From contig OZ024742.1 in NCBI GenBank assembly GCA_964016885.1, positions 117,614,001 through 117,678,000 of the forward strand: 64,000 bases of DNA, written 5' to 3'. Each line of letters opens with the position of its first letter. Within the stretch, counting starts at the first letter, position 1. This DNA is from Eledone cirrhosa (Eukaryota). Below are positions 41,187-52,769 of the stretch, in pieces. Under the pieces are notes generated by a model, which ran no database searches, had not been told where the DNA came from, and worked only from the letters and a program-made list of their open reading frames with translations. The translations under genes were made by a program, and so were the position numbers.

Positions 41187-41439
41187 GAGAGATGTGTGTA
41201 TGTAAGTATATACATGTCTATATGTATATATCTTCTTTGCCCACTTATTCCTGAAAAGGTTGTTGGGGCAGAGTCCCAAAACACTCCTTCCAGTGGGTCC
41301 TGTCATAATCAACCATTTCAAACTAATCTGGCTGGATGCCCAAGTGTGACCAGCTCATCTCATGGAGGTTATCCAACCATCTTGCTCGAGGTTTAGCCCT
41401 GGGTCTCTTGCCAGTTGGTTTTGTCCATAAAATCTGTCC

Positions 41440-41880
41440 AGTGAACTTGGGGAAAAGGAAAAAAATCACATAGAGCTAGGTCTGGTGAATAATTTGTTCC
41501 AGCATGGCAATGTTCTTCTCAGCCAGGAACTGCCAGTGAGCTGTCACAAGTTGTCCTGCCATGTCTCTCACCTCTTCTCGCACACTGAACAAAGCAAATG
41601 CCTCAGGAACTTTTTGTAGACATGCTGGTTGATCATCTGGCCCTGTGGCAAGAACTCTATGTGGACAATATCCCTCATATTGAAGAATATGATCAACATG
41701 AGTTTGACTTTCAACACTGTCTTGCTTTCTTCAGCCTCAGTGACTCCAGACTTGTCCTCTGAAGGCTCTGGCACTTGGTCTCCAGGTTATACTCGAAGAT
41801 CCATGATTCATCACCAGTGATGGATCTCCTCAGGAAGTTTGGTTCAGTTTCAGTTTCAAGATGCTTGAATGACACTTCCA
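41440..41880 (-). pseudogene. Mariner (DD34D) transposase relic
   Basis: Minus-strand pieces EPNFLRRSITGDESWIFE, KVKLMLIIFFNMRDIVHIEFLPQGQMINQHVY and YSPDLALCDFFLFPK, with internal deletion. Confidence 0.85.
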
Positions 41881-42279
41881 TGCTGTCTTTTTATCAATAT
41901 TATTTAGGGAAAGTACACCATTGTTATGTTGGACACACTTCTCCCCAACAATATCACAATTTTCCCTGATACTGCCTTGTGATCCTGAACACCTCACATC
42001 TTTGGTTCCCATGTCGTATAACATGCATAAACTTTTTATTTTCTGCTTGCCTCCTTGCAGAGTATACTTGTCACTTAGCCTCTCTCCTGGCCTCTCAGTA
42101 AAGTTCTCTACTTTCCCCATTTCACTATTTATTCCATGCTTGTGTCTTGGCCTTAATTGTTTCATCCACCCTACTATTCCACCACCAAGTAACTCTCCTA
42201 TATCCTAGACCTCTACCCCAGCCACATACTTCATTTGTGGCCTAGAGTAAATTATTTTTCAGGAACTCTCACTGCTCCT

Positions 42280-43140
42280 CTATATTGTATGATGCTATTT
42301 CTTCTTCTATTTTGTCAAAGGTGTCAAGTATGGTATTCCTAAATTTGTTACAGGCTGAGGGTTCCTTCAATCTCCATACCCTCCTCCACCAGGTTGCTCT
42401 CAGTCACCAAGTTCATTTAGTTATAATTAACATATCACTGACTGCAAGAATATGTTGGGAGGTGCATTCCTCACCAGGAAAAGATTTTGTATTTATGATC
42501 ATCGTTCTATCTCACCATCTGGTGAGGATGAAATCTACTTGGCTGATGTGCTCACCTGATCAAGTGGTCGTCTGTTTTCTTTAAATTAGTTATGCAGATT
42601 GTTAGCATTGCAGAATTCTAGGAGCTTAGCTCCTTCCTCATTTCTAACACCAAACCCATAACCCCTGTGGATCCTGTCAAAGCCATCACTGTGTTGCCCA
42701 ACATGTCCATTAAAGTTTCCTGCTATGACTAACATTTCCTTGTCACCCACCAGAGAAGTTGTATGAATGAGGGATTCATAAAAATCCTCTTTTAATTCAT
42801 TTGATAGTCCCGATTGTGGTGCATATACAGATATAGTAGCAATAGTTGTTCAATCTAGGACTATCCTGAGTTTAATGATTCTGTCATTTATTCTGTTTAC
42901 TGTGATTACATTACCCTTATTTCTGCTAACAAAATACCTACTCTACATAACCCATAATCATTTCCCACCCAGAAAAATTTCTAGCATCATTCTTTACCAA
43001 GATATCCGGCTGATGCTCCTTTCCACCTAGTCTCTTGTACACAACACACATCCATTCTCTTTCACTCTAACATATTTACAATCTCACCTGATCTTTCTTG
43101 CATAGTGCCTACTTTGATGGTTGCAGTTCTGAAATTTTGG
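42280..43140 (-). mobile_element. RTE LINE 5' part (APE endonuclease), degenerate
   Basis: FRTATIKVGTMQERSGEIVNMLE, CCVQET, ISVYAPQSG-like and QVDFIL-like pieces on minus. Confidence 0.7.
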
Positions 43141-43544
43141 AGTTTTCTGGAATAAGGGGTTGATTTCTGTTCCTGAAATAAAGATGATAAGCATGGTTGA
43201 CTGGAGCTGAGCGGTGGGTTCATAAAAAGGGGGTAAGATTGTTCAACATTGTAGTCAAGATCTGCTAAATCTTCAATAATAATACTACACAGTAATAACA
43301 TGGGGAAAAAAACAGGTCAGTTGCTGCTGTTTAATTGATCTAGACGTGAAAATGTGTAGGGTGGTGTGAGGGGTGGGTGTTAGGTAAATGGGACAAGCCT
43401 GAGCCTATGCATAGGAGATTTGCATAGAGAGGAATGTTTCTCAAAAAAGAGATGCCAATATAATTCAAAACAGGATGTTATTAGGAATCAGGCAAAAGTG
43501 AATTGGAGAGATGGAAGAAAAAAAATTGAATAGGAAAAACAAGT

Positions 43545-44324
43545 AGAAAATGCAATTTAAGAAGATATATTAATAACTTTACTGGGTTCACTTTTGTATG
43601 ATTTTCAAAAGTTAAGTGAGATGGAGAGATATGTGGTGATGTATCACGCATCTGTTATTTTGGGAAATTTCTTTCGGATTTATGCAAAAAAGTGGCTCAG
43701 ACTGCTATCTGTAAACTATTTCTACGCACCAACTCACACTCACAATTTTCCTATACACTTGGGGGTAGGGGTTTGTCACAACAATTCTATAGACTTGAGT
43801 ACTTTATACAATAAAATAGACATGAACTTCTTTTGTAACTGTCACTAGCCACATTCACTTAACCATGATACTCCCAATTGTTGGTGGAAAATTTACAAAA
43901 ATATTCTAATCTTAATCACATGATCATCAATTTTTGGCACAAAAAAACACACAATTCTATACATAATCATATGATCTTTCTCAAGCAATCCAATTGTACC
44001 ATAAAAAGATAGTAATCTAAACTACTTTTTTTGGCATAAATTTGGAAAGAAATTTCATAAAACTTCAGATGCATGACACATAGCCACACATTTCTCCACC
44101 TTACTTAACTTTTGCCTATCATACAAACATGAAGCCAGTATAGTTATTATTAATAAATCTTCTTAAAGACTCCAAATGCATTTTCAACTTGTTTCCTTTA
44201 TTTTTACCCATGTGGGATATTAAAAAAATACTTTCTCAAAATGTATACACACTTCAACAGCATTCTAATAAATATACCCTGTACAAGTAATCAAAGTGTG
44301 TATACATTTTGGGGGGACACACTC

Positions 44325-44330
<6 letters not shown>
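43545..44330. mobile_element. Old Tc1/mariner-type element with long decayed inverted repeats
   Basis: About 43550-43715 is the inverse of about 44005-44185. The right terminus reverse-complements to cagagtgtgtccccccaaaatgtatacacactttg (CAGGGTG-type TIR). Confidence 0.5.
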
Positions 44331-44379
<49 letters not shown>

Positions 44380-44429
44380 ATTTGAATTATGATTACTATA
44401 TATATATATATATAGTAATAATAATAAAT

Positions 44430-44576
44430 TTGAAGACTAAAATCCAAAGAGGGCTCAATAAGGATAAATATATATCAAATATATAAGAACCCTAGAGCAA
44501 ACAGGATCTTCAGAAGATCCCATTAAGGGTGAAAGCAGCGATTATTTGCTTAAACTTTAATCTGTTATTTTAATAA

Positions 44577-44578
<2 letters not shown>
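44430..44578 (+). mobile_element. Penelope-like 3' tail with degenerate hammerhead
   Basis: LKTKIQRGLNKD (cf. GIY-YIG end L.T..P.GLN), then cAGAAGA-t-ccc-attaa-ggg-t-GAAA. Its 3' part recurs inverted at about 57190-57237. Confidence 0.5.
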
Positions 44579-44622
<44 letters not shown>

Positions 44623-44629
<7 letters not shown>

Positions 44630-45070
44630 TAAAAGGAATTCCAACTTTGTCTGATTTACTCGTTTTATTTACAATCCTTTAATATTTATAATGGTATTAG
44701 AATGAAATAGTATGGTAGAATATTAAATGTTAAATGTTAATTGAACAAGTACTTTCATGCTTTCGCAATGTTCATATTCATATTCTGTGGTGACAGTCAA
44801 GTTTGCAATTTTCAACTTTTGCAATTTTCAACAGTTGAAAATTGCAAACTTGACTGTCACCACAGAATATGAATATGAACATTGCGAAAGCATGAAAGTA
44901 CTTGTTCAATTAACACTTAACATTTAATATTCTACCATACTATTTCATTCTAATACCATTATAAATTTTAAAGGATTGTAAATAAAATGAGTAAATCAGA
45001 CAAAGTTGGAATTCCTTTTATTAATATAATCTTCTATACACAATCATACACACCCGTGTATATTTATTTA
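44623..45070. repeat. Near-perfect palindrome of about 405 bp with a 3' tail of about 40 nt, between TA runs
   Basis: Arms about 44623-44817 and 44833-45027, with 3 mismatches counted by eye. The spacer is a duplication of the arm tip (tttgcaattttcaac). Confidence 0.95.
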
Positions 45071-45610
45071 TATATATAGCAAAATTACACAAGAAAAAAA
45101 ATGAAGCACATTGAACAAAAGAAGAAAAACTCCCAGCTTTTCATAAGCCACAAGTTGGGCAATATATTTTCTGGAATAAGAGTGGGATTTCATAGTATTG
45201 AGCTCCAGTTGCATGATGGCTTGGACAAGGCACTAGAAAGATGCATATGAGAAAATTCAACAACACAGGGACAGGGAAAAACAATGGAGTGCCTTTCGAC
45301 TGAAACGGGTAAAGGAAGAACAAAATAAGAAAAGTCTAGACTGGAAACAAAACAAGATACAGTGCAGGTAAGTTGTGCAAATAGCAACACAGGAACAACA
45401 AAGAGACTTTGGCAGCAAAAGAGGAGAAAGAGACACAGCTATCGTACTGGTAAGTAAATGGTTAGTTAAGAAAAGGAGTGTGCGGTGATACAGTGGTAAT
45501 AAATAGTAGAGTTGCACAGAAAAACAGGAAATATGTCAGGCAAATGAAAAATTCATACACTTTGGGCAATGCAATTTCATGCATAAGGGTGGGATATCAT
45601 AATAGTGAGC

Positions 45611-45723
<113 letters not shown>

Positions 45724-45744
45724 TGTGAGTGTATATGTATCTAT

Positions 45745-45992
45745 CTAAGGCGGGTAAAATTCCCGAGATCCATGGACGAGTTCTCTCCAGCGGTCTCTGT
45801 CCCTCATTATCGCTGCCATATCCTGCATCTCCAACAGACCAGTGTCTGTCCTTAGGGCATCAACATATGTTAACCTTGGTCTTCCTCTTCTCGTGTGTCC
45901 ATGTAGGGGCTCCCAAAGGAGCACTGAGTGCAATGTCAACTCTGGATGTCGGTGAGCATGTCCGGTGAGCATGTTGGTGAGCATGTCCGGTG
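45745..45992 (-). mobile_element. RTE LINE extreme 3' fragment (third family)
   Basis: GHAHRHPELTLHSVLLWEPLHGHTRRGRPRLTYVDALRTDTG...RDRDRWRELV. Confidence 0.75.
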
Positions 45993-46244
45993 TATATATA
46001 TTTATGTATATATATATCTGTGTATGTACGTAGATATATACATATATCATGACAATGCCCTCTTTATACTTGATAGTAATATTAGAGACCTAGAAAGAAC
46101 TAATAAACACTTTTTTTTTTAAATATAACTATAGATATTAAAGATATCAATAACAAAGTAATTAATTTGTCTCCTTTAAACTAAATACTGGGTATTTATA
46201 AACCTTTTCATAAGCCTGGTAAACAACCTTTATATGTTAATAAG

Positions 46245-47465
46245 CTCTAGATGGTGATCAGTTGAGAGCTCAGCACTTCTCTTAATATGAACATACAGCA
46301 CAGAATTGAAGAGGTCAGAGACAATAACAAAATCAATTGGTGATCTTTGTCTGTGATTCCTTTTATGCCATGTGTATTAAAGATGTCTTTGTACTGGATG
46401 GTGTTCATAATAGAGAGCCCATTACTAGAGTAGAAGTCTAATAAAGTCTCTCTATTTGTATTTAGATTGGGATTGCTGTTCCTTCCAATTACTTCTTTCC
46501 ATGCCAGGTAGTCAGTGCCAACATGTGCATTGAAGTCTCCTATTAGGATATATGACTCAATTGTAACTACATCTAATGCTGCAGTGACTTCATCAAGGAA
46601 AGATCTGTATTTGGGTTCTCTGTTTGGTGCATAAACTTGGACCATCCATAGAGACCTTTCTTTCAGTGTAAGCTTCAAGAGGCAAATCATCCTTTCTAAT
46701 GGGATCCAGTCGATAATACAGTCTGACAGCCGGGGGATTGTGAATATCCCCACTCCCACCTGTGTAGTCATTTCTAGTGCAACACCTGAATAGTGGAGTT
46801 TCCATCCTCCATCCAAATTTACAGTACCAGAACCACAGAACTTTGTTGAGGAAACCCCAACTAAATCTAGCTGGTAGCATCTAGCCTCCTCTATTAGTTC
46901 CTGCTCCTTGCCTGTAAGAGTTATAATATTCCAGTTAACAATTGTCATGGTTTTCTCCCTTCTGGACCCTCTCTGGGGTTTCAGGATACATAATATTTCT
47001 GCTACCATCCCATGTCTCCCACAACAGGTCATAAGCCCATTGTCAGTTCTTGCAGCGTTGGATGGAGACTGCAACATATTTTTTTGAACAAGCCCCTCTA
47101 GCTAGGGTCTGAAAATGTTCTTGTTATTCTGCATGAAGGAAGATGCGGTATGGTTGTCTTTACTGATTCCAGCCTTATTGCAGTGTTTTGTTGGTCTTAT
47201 TTGCAGCAGTCACCAGCTTGGTAGTTTTCTCAGGCCCACAAAGACCAAGCATTTTTAGAGCATTTACTCAGCTCGTCAGTTACATCACTGGGTTGTGAGA
47301 GTTTTCTTAGGATCTAACAATGTCACTCCTTGCTCCATCTCCCCTATTTGTCCATGGTCACTTATTTGGCAGTAGCCTGCTTATAACAGGAGCCATCATC
47401 GTATCTGGTGGCTATATCATCATCCACCACTTATGGCCTGTTCTCTAGCAGAATAGCTCTGCTAA
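46245..47465 (-). mobile_element. 5' portion (UTR and APE endonuclease) of the same LINE family as 29205-31790
   Basis: 276-aa ORF 46247-47077 with TIVNWNIITLTGKEQEL and VQVYAPN...LIGDFNAHVG. Co-linear with 30540-31790. Confidence 0.85.
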
Positions 47466-48271
47466 GAAATCAAAGTGACATAATCTATAAAATATTAATT
47501 TGAAAAATCATGTTACAGAGTGGTAGGAATATTTAACCCGAGAGAGAAAGATTAGGAGATAGAGTGACAACAAGGTGTTGGTTGGTTGATTGGTTGGGGA
47601 GTCAATAGAATGGGTGGAGGTTGAATCAGTGTTGGACATGGAATAGATGGTCAGAGAAGAGTGCGGTGGTGGTGGTGGTGGTGGGGTAGAGTGGCCAGAA
47701 TACAGGGTTTTAGAGTCGAAGATAATTGGAATGCTGTGGAAAGAGAGAAGAAGGGTGATGAAAAGTTTTAAGTGGAAGAGGATGTAGTGGAGAAGAGCCT
47801 TTTGGTTTGGCATAGTGGATTATGAAGAAACAAAATAGGAAAAGGACAAGGAAAGGGAAACAAGAGGGAGAACAAGAATAGTAATTAGAAGACTGTATTC
47901 GTGAAGAGAATCCATAGTGTTAGTGGAATGGTTCTTCTGTCGTCTGTGTTAGCCAATATCTCTAATTCGTCTCTCGAAGCACTTGTATTTATAAGAATAC
48001 TATAGCTAGGAGAACATGTGTATCGTTTTTGAGACAATAGCCAGGCCATCTGCCTATCGTCTGTCAAGTGCCTGGGGTCACAGGTCAAGTGGTATATAAC
48101 ATTTATCATGGTTGCCTTTTGACAGGACAATGGAAAGAACACCTAACAATAGGTGATTTTAGAGGCGAGAAACTTTAGATTCGATTTCGAATCTCCACCA
48201 AACAAAACTGAATTTCCAACCGATAAGGTATGATTTTCATGGGTAAGTCTCTATTTATAAAACAAACTTTG

Positions 48272-48336
48272 TATTTTATCTGATGAAAACGTACCAATGT
48301 TGTCTTGGTTGCCCTTGAAATATATATAATAAAATA
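48272..48336 (+). ncRNA. Minimal type-I hammerhead ribozyme motif
   Basis: tattttat-CTGATGA-aaacgtaccaa..ttggttgccctt-GAAA-tatata-TA-ataaaata. Perfect 8-bp helix I (extendable), partly decayed helix II, palindromic helix III. Confidence 0.65.
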
Positions 48337-48490
48337 AATATGGTTTTATAAATATAGTTTCCATTTATTTAATATCATTGAATATTTACTCCAGTTATTT
48401 GTTGAGTGCTCTAAATCAGTTATAAACAGTTATGTTTGTCGGACTTCCAACAAATTAAATACAACTTCTACTTATATATATATATATAAA

Positions 48491-48563
48491 TTGCCTTGTC
48501 TGACGAACGAATGCGGACATTTCTTGTATTCGTCTTATTCGGGAAACCTCTGGTAGTGAGGTA
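48491..48563 (+). ncRNA. Hammerhead core truncated at its GUA cleavage triplet
   Basis: CTGACGA(48500)-a-cgaatg...tattcg-g-GAAA(48543)-cctc-tggtagt-gagg-TA, followed almost at once by a TA run. The 3' strand of helix I is essentially absent. Confidence 0.55.
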
Positions 48564-48798
48564 ATTATATATATATATTTAGGTTTGTTGGTTCACCACT
48601 GGATAGAACTGGTCATTCCGTATGGTCAATCTCGGTGTAATATTATGGAGAGTACTCAATGTAATGCAACTCAGACTTAATAATCAACACTCGAGGGCGG
48701 TCGACTGAGGTAGAAGCTGCTAAATAGTCGGTCGTCCTCTTGTCTCTGATTTTCAGCCCCATGGATTTTATCTGTTATATTCCTTTGTTATATTTCGA

Positions 48799-48856
48799 AT
48801 ACCTGATGATATCACCGGATTCATACTGAACCCAGTCATTGAAATGATCATAGTAT
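48799..48856 (+). ncRNA. Minimal type-I hammerhead ribozyme motif
   Basis: atac-CTGATGA-t-atcaccggattca-tac-tgaacccagtcat-t-GAAA-tgatca-TA-gtat. 4-bp helix I, long imperfect helix II, palindromic helix III (atgatcat). Confidence 0.65.
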
Positions 48857-48931
48857 AATAAACCTTTCAAGGATTTGCACCAGTCCAGCCTCCTGTTATT
48901 TTATAATATATTATATATATATATATATATA

Positions 48932-49098
48932 TACCTGGGTTTGTCTTAGTCCCTGGCTTTGTGTAAAAGAAAATACAGGAGGATCAGTTAATTATGATTT
49001 TAGTCATCATATCGCAACGTTTCTACCTCTCTTGTAAAAGTAACAGCTCTACCCTTTCACGATACCCTGAAGCCAGGAACTTTTCAGCAACCCAGTAT
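48932..49098. mobile_element. Mariner-like MITE in TA context
   Basis: Imperfect TIRs ctgggtttgtcttagtccctggctt / aagccaggaacttttcagcaacccag, flanked by TA runs. Confidence 0.5.
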
Positions 49099-49523
49099 AT
49101 ATATATATACGTACAGAAAGAGTGACACACGTACAGATAGATAGAAAATAACTAGTGAGAGAGAGCCAGATGTCAGACCGGCAAACAACAAACGAAATAA
49201 AAAGTAGAAAAGTTTTAGTTGGTTAGGACAGGGTGGATTGAGTGAGAGCTGAAGTAGTATTTCACTTTATTTCCGTAGATAACATGAGGGAGGACCAAAC
49301 AGTACCATTGTGCTAGAAATAGCAGTAATTTCTCCTCCCCCCCCCCCCAACTTGCCCCCACCTCTCGTTCCAAGTGAGCTTGACGGAAGTCATATTGGTC
49401 GAAAATACACGAAAAACCTTAATTATTATTAATTTTTATTTAGTATTGTTAGTGGTCAATGTACAAACAAACTTCCTTTTTATAAGGACACACACACACA
49501 CACACACATTCACACACACACAT

Positions 49524-49558
<35 letters not shown>

Positions 49559-49578
49559 AGTATGTAATAGCAAGTAAC

Positions 49579-50752
49579 AGCTTCGAAAATTATACTTTTA
49601 CAAAATCATCGGCTTTTTCCAAAAGGGGGTTCCTGCCCCCAGGGGTCTCCTACCCAATATGTGCCAATTCTGTGAGTTCACATTCATCTGTAGGACAAAC
49701 GTAGCCCATGTGTCAAGTTTTGTGAAAATCGGTTGCGAACTCCAGAAGTTATGACGTTTTGTTGCATTGCACTGCAGTGCTTCAGTCGACTCCAAGGTAG
49801 TGGTTAAAGTGGTTATCTGCCGGGGGGCCCTATAATCAATATCTGGAAAAATGACAGTGCCCATGACCATCCGGAGTACATAAGTAACCTATGTCTTAAG
49901 TTTGGTGAAAATACTGTAGAAATGCATAAGGTTTATACATACGCGCGTGTGTTCGTGTGTGGGGGGGGGGTATGTATTTGTGTGTGCGTGTGTATGTGTA
50001 TGTCCGTCGGGGCATACGTATGTACTGGCCTAAATCTTCACTATTTACTTTTACTATTTTAATAACCTTTTACTATTTTAATAAGAGTCGGACGCCATGC
50101 TTTGAAGCATAGAGTTACGTCCCGTTATGATCTGAGTTCAAATCCCGCCGAGGTTAACTTTGCCTCTCATCCTTACGGGGTTGATAAAATAAAGTACCAG
50201 TAATGAACTGGGATAATTGCTGGCCTTGTGCCAAAAGTAGAAACAACTATTTTAATAACCTCTGTCATTTTCGTTTTCAATTTTATTTACATCATTCTTA
50301 AACTCCGGGGCTGGAAATCATTCGGTTATTTTAAATAGAATATTAGTCTAACGACTCCATTTATACCATAAACTTGGTCTTGTCTTTGCATGAAATTGTT
50401 CTTTACGCTCCACATAACGACGTATTATCCTCGCTTTTTTCCTGTTCATTGCCAGGGAACGTCTTCACGAACCAAAATATCGTCTTCCTGTTTTCGTTCG
50501 GTTGCAATGTTTCTCGAAATATTTACTTCTGCGTTCACAGATTACTCTCAGTTCAATTTGAATGGGAAATTCTTGTTTCATCGATTTTCTCCGTAACCAT
50601 GGAAGCTTGTAGCTTGAAAGTCGACCCAACGACTCCTCGGGTCATTCTGCATAACTGTGTAAATTTTTGCTGCATTCCACCAAGCCGTTTCGATGTTTAT
50701 CCGACTACACCTATATATACAACGTCCGACCACTTCCAATTTATATTGTAGA
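49579..50752 (-). mobile_element. Non-autonomous Helitron-like element, copy A (carries a SINE-A insertion at 50085-50245)
   Basis: 49579-50545 is an inverted near-copy of 57272-58015. The minus strand begins A|TCtacaatataaa. No CTAG end is seen on this copy. Confidence 0.65.
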
Positions 50753-52769
50753 TTTGTTTATATATGAATGACAAAAAGAAAAGTACAAAACTATACATGA
50801 ATTGTTTCTACTAAACCTTCAATTTAAGACACAACCTTTTTTTGATAGGACTCCAGCTCACACCTTCTTCTTCTTTTGCTCCCCCTGGAACATTGGGCTG
50901 CGAGCCACCCCCACACAACGTCATGTTCTGAGTCTGCTTTTCAACTCCACCGTGATGCACGGGGCGTCATGGTGTATCTAACCATTTTTTTAGGTCTTAC
51001 TACGGCTGATTTCTTCCAGAGAGAAAGAAAGAGATGGAAAAAGGCAGAGAAGATTCATCCCCGGAGGAATAATAAAAAATGTTTACACTGCACATTTCAA
51101 TTTTCAAAGCTAAAGCTGCCGATCCAAAATCAGTAAATCAACTCCCTGAAAACTTTCAAATATATGCTGTTCTAGCATGAATATTATGCTAAGGGGCAGC
51201 TGTCCACAAAGTAAGATTTACTTGCATATCCCCGTTCATATAAACACATAAATACATTACAGTTGATATTTTTTTTTATTAAAGCGTTTTCATATTATAT
51301 ATATATATATATATATAGTGACGAAACATAAGTCAATTGCATGAACTCATAATCCTTTATTTACTGCTTTATTTGTATGAAATTGTAAATAAGACAATGA
51401 ATATTGAAAGCGACTACGGAAAAAGGGGGAAATAACTCACCGAACGCGCTAGTAAATAGACCGTTTGAGGGCCCTAGGGACCACATTTTTCAAGTTAGAG
51501 ATTTGAAACCTCGCACTTTTTACATAGGTGTGTAAATTTTCATGTCCGTCCGACCACGTCTACTACCATTTAACCGTGCACAACTGAATTTCAACCACCA
51601 CCCATTTCACAAATATATATTAGATTTATATATATATATATATTTATATATATGAAAAATCTGGGAATGTGAGAATCCCAGTCGCACAAAATAACTGTAG
51701 TATCAGTCGATCACTATAGGTAATAGCTGAGAAAATCGGGTAAATTAACCCTAGAGATAGAACAAGTGGACAGAGGCGCCTACAAAGAATAGAACCACGT
51801 GTCTCTCGAATACCGTCCGAGTGCATTACATTTACGCTAAGGAGTGACTAACACTTTTTTTGTGTAAGTTAGGGATGCTATTTTTTTTTTAACCCGATCA
51901 GAACAGCAGATTCAATACAAACTAAAACAAATTGAAGTTGCATTTAAATTAATTAACAGACATCCTCATAAACCAGATAAGTCTGCTACAGATTTCTAGA
52001 AAAATATCTCATGATCCACATTACAGGTGCAATGTGTCCGAACACGGAGGAGCCAAGCTCCCACTGTCATCGCCTCCATCTCTCTCGCCCTCCCCATCTA
52101 TCTGTATAGTGAGCAAATGGGGTCCCATGTGCTGGCCTCCCCACAACCTCGGTGGACAGAATGGAGAAGGTGTTTCCCCGGAGGATGGTAAGGGAGATGC
52201 GCTGACCAGCTCAGCGCCTATGGTAGTAAGCAAATGTCTAGAAATTCCCGCATAAAGAGTAGATGTTTGAAAAGCTTGAACGTGTTGACAAATAGCAAGT
52301 TGGACCGGAAAGATATATATATATATAGAGAGAGAGAGAGAGGGGGGGGGGGGATAGCACGGAAAATATATTTAGGGGTCTGTTTTTCTTTTGTTTTCCT
52401 TTCTTTGATTCGTCAAAATGAGAGGAACAATTCTTTTTAAAAAGAGTTTTATAATGTATATAAAGTATAATCGGTTTCGATGTATTAGCAAAATTCATCT
52501 TATCATCTTATCAAATGTTGAGTATTACAATTAAAAAGAATTAATAAGAATTAAAAACTAAAAATTAAAGATTTAAAATTAAGTGTTGAGGCAAGTTTTT
52601 TTCATCTTCTTTGGTGAGAAAGAGACTGGAAAAATGAAATGTTGTGTATATAGAGAGGGGTGTAGTCACGGTAGTAGTAGCAGCAGCAGTGGTGGTAGGT
52701 GTGTTTTTTCATACAGAACAAAATTGTTATTAGGGAGAGAGAGATATTCTGTAAATATGTGTTAATGGA

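Noticed and set aside
46247-47077. Host craniofacial development protein 2-like gene
   Set aside because: This is the APE endonuclease of an RTE-type LINE; a second decayed copy lies at 30540-31300.
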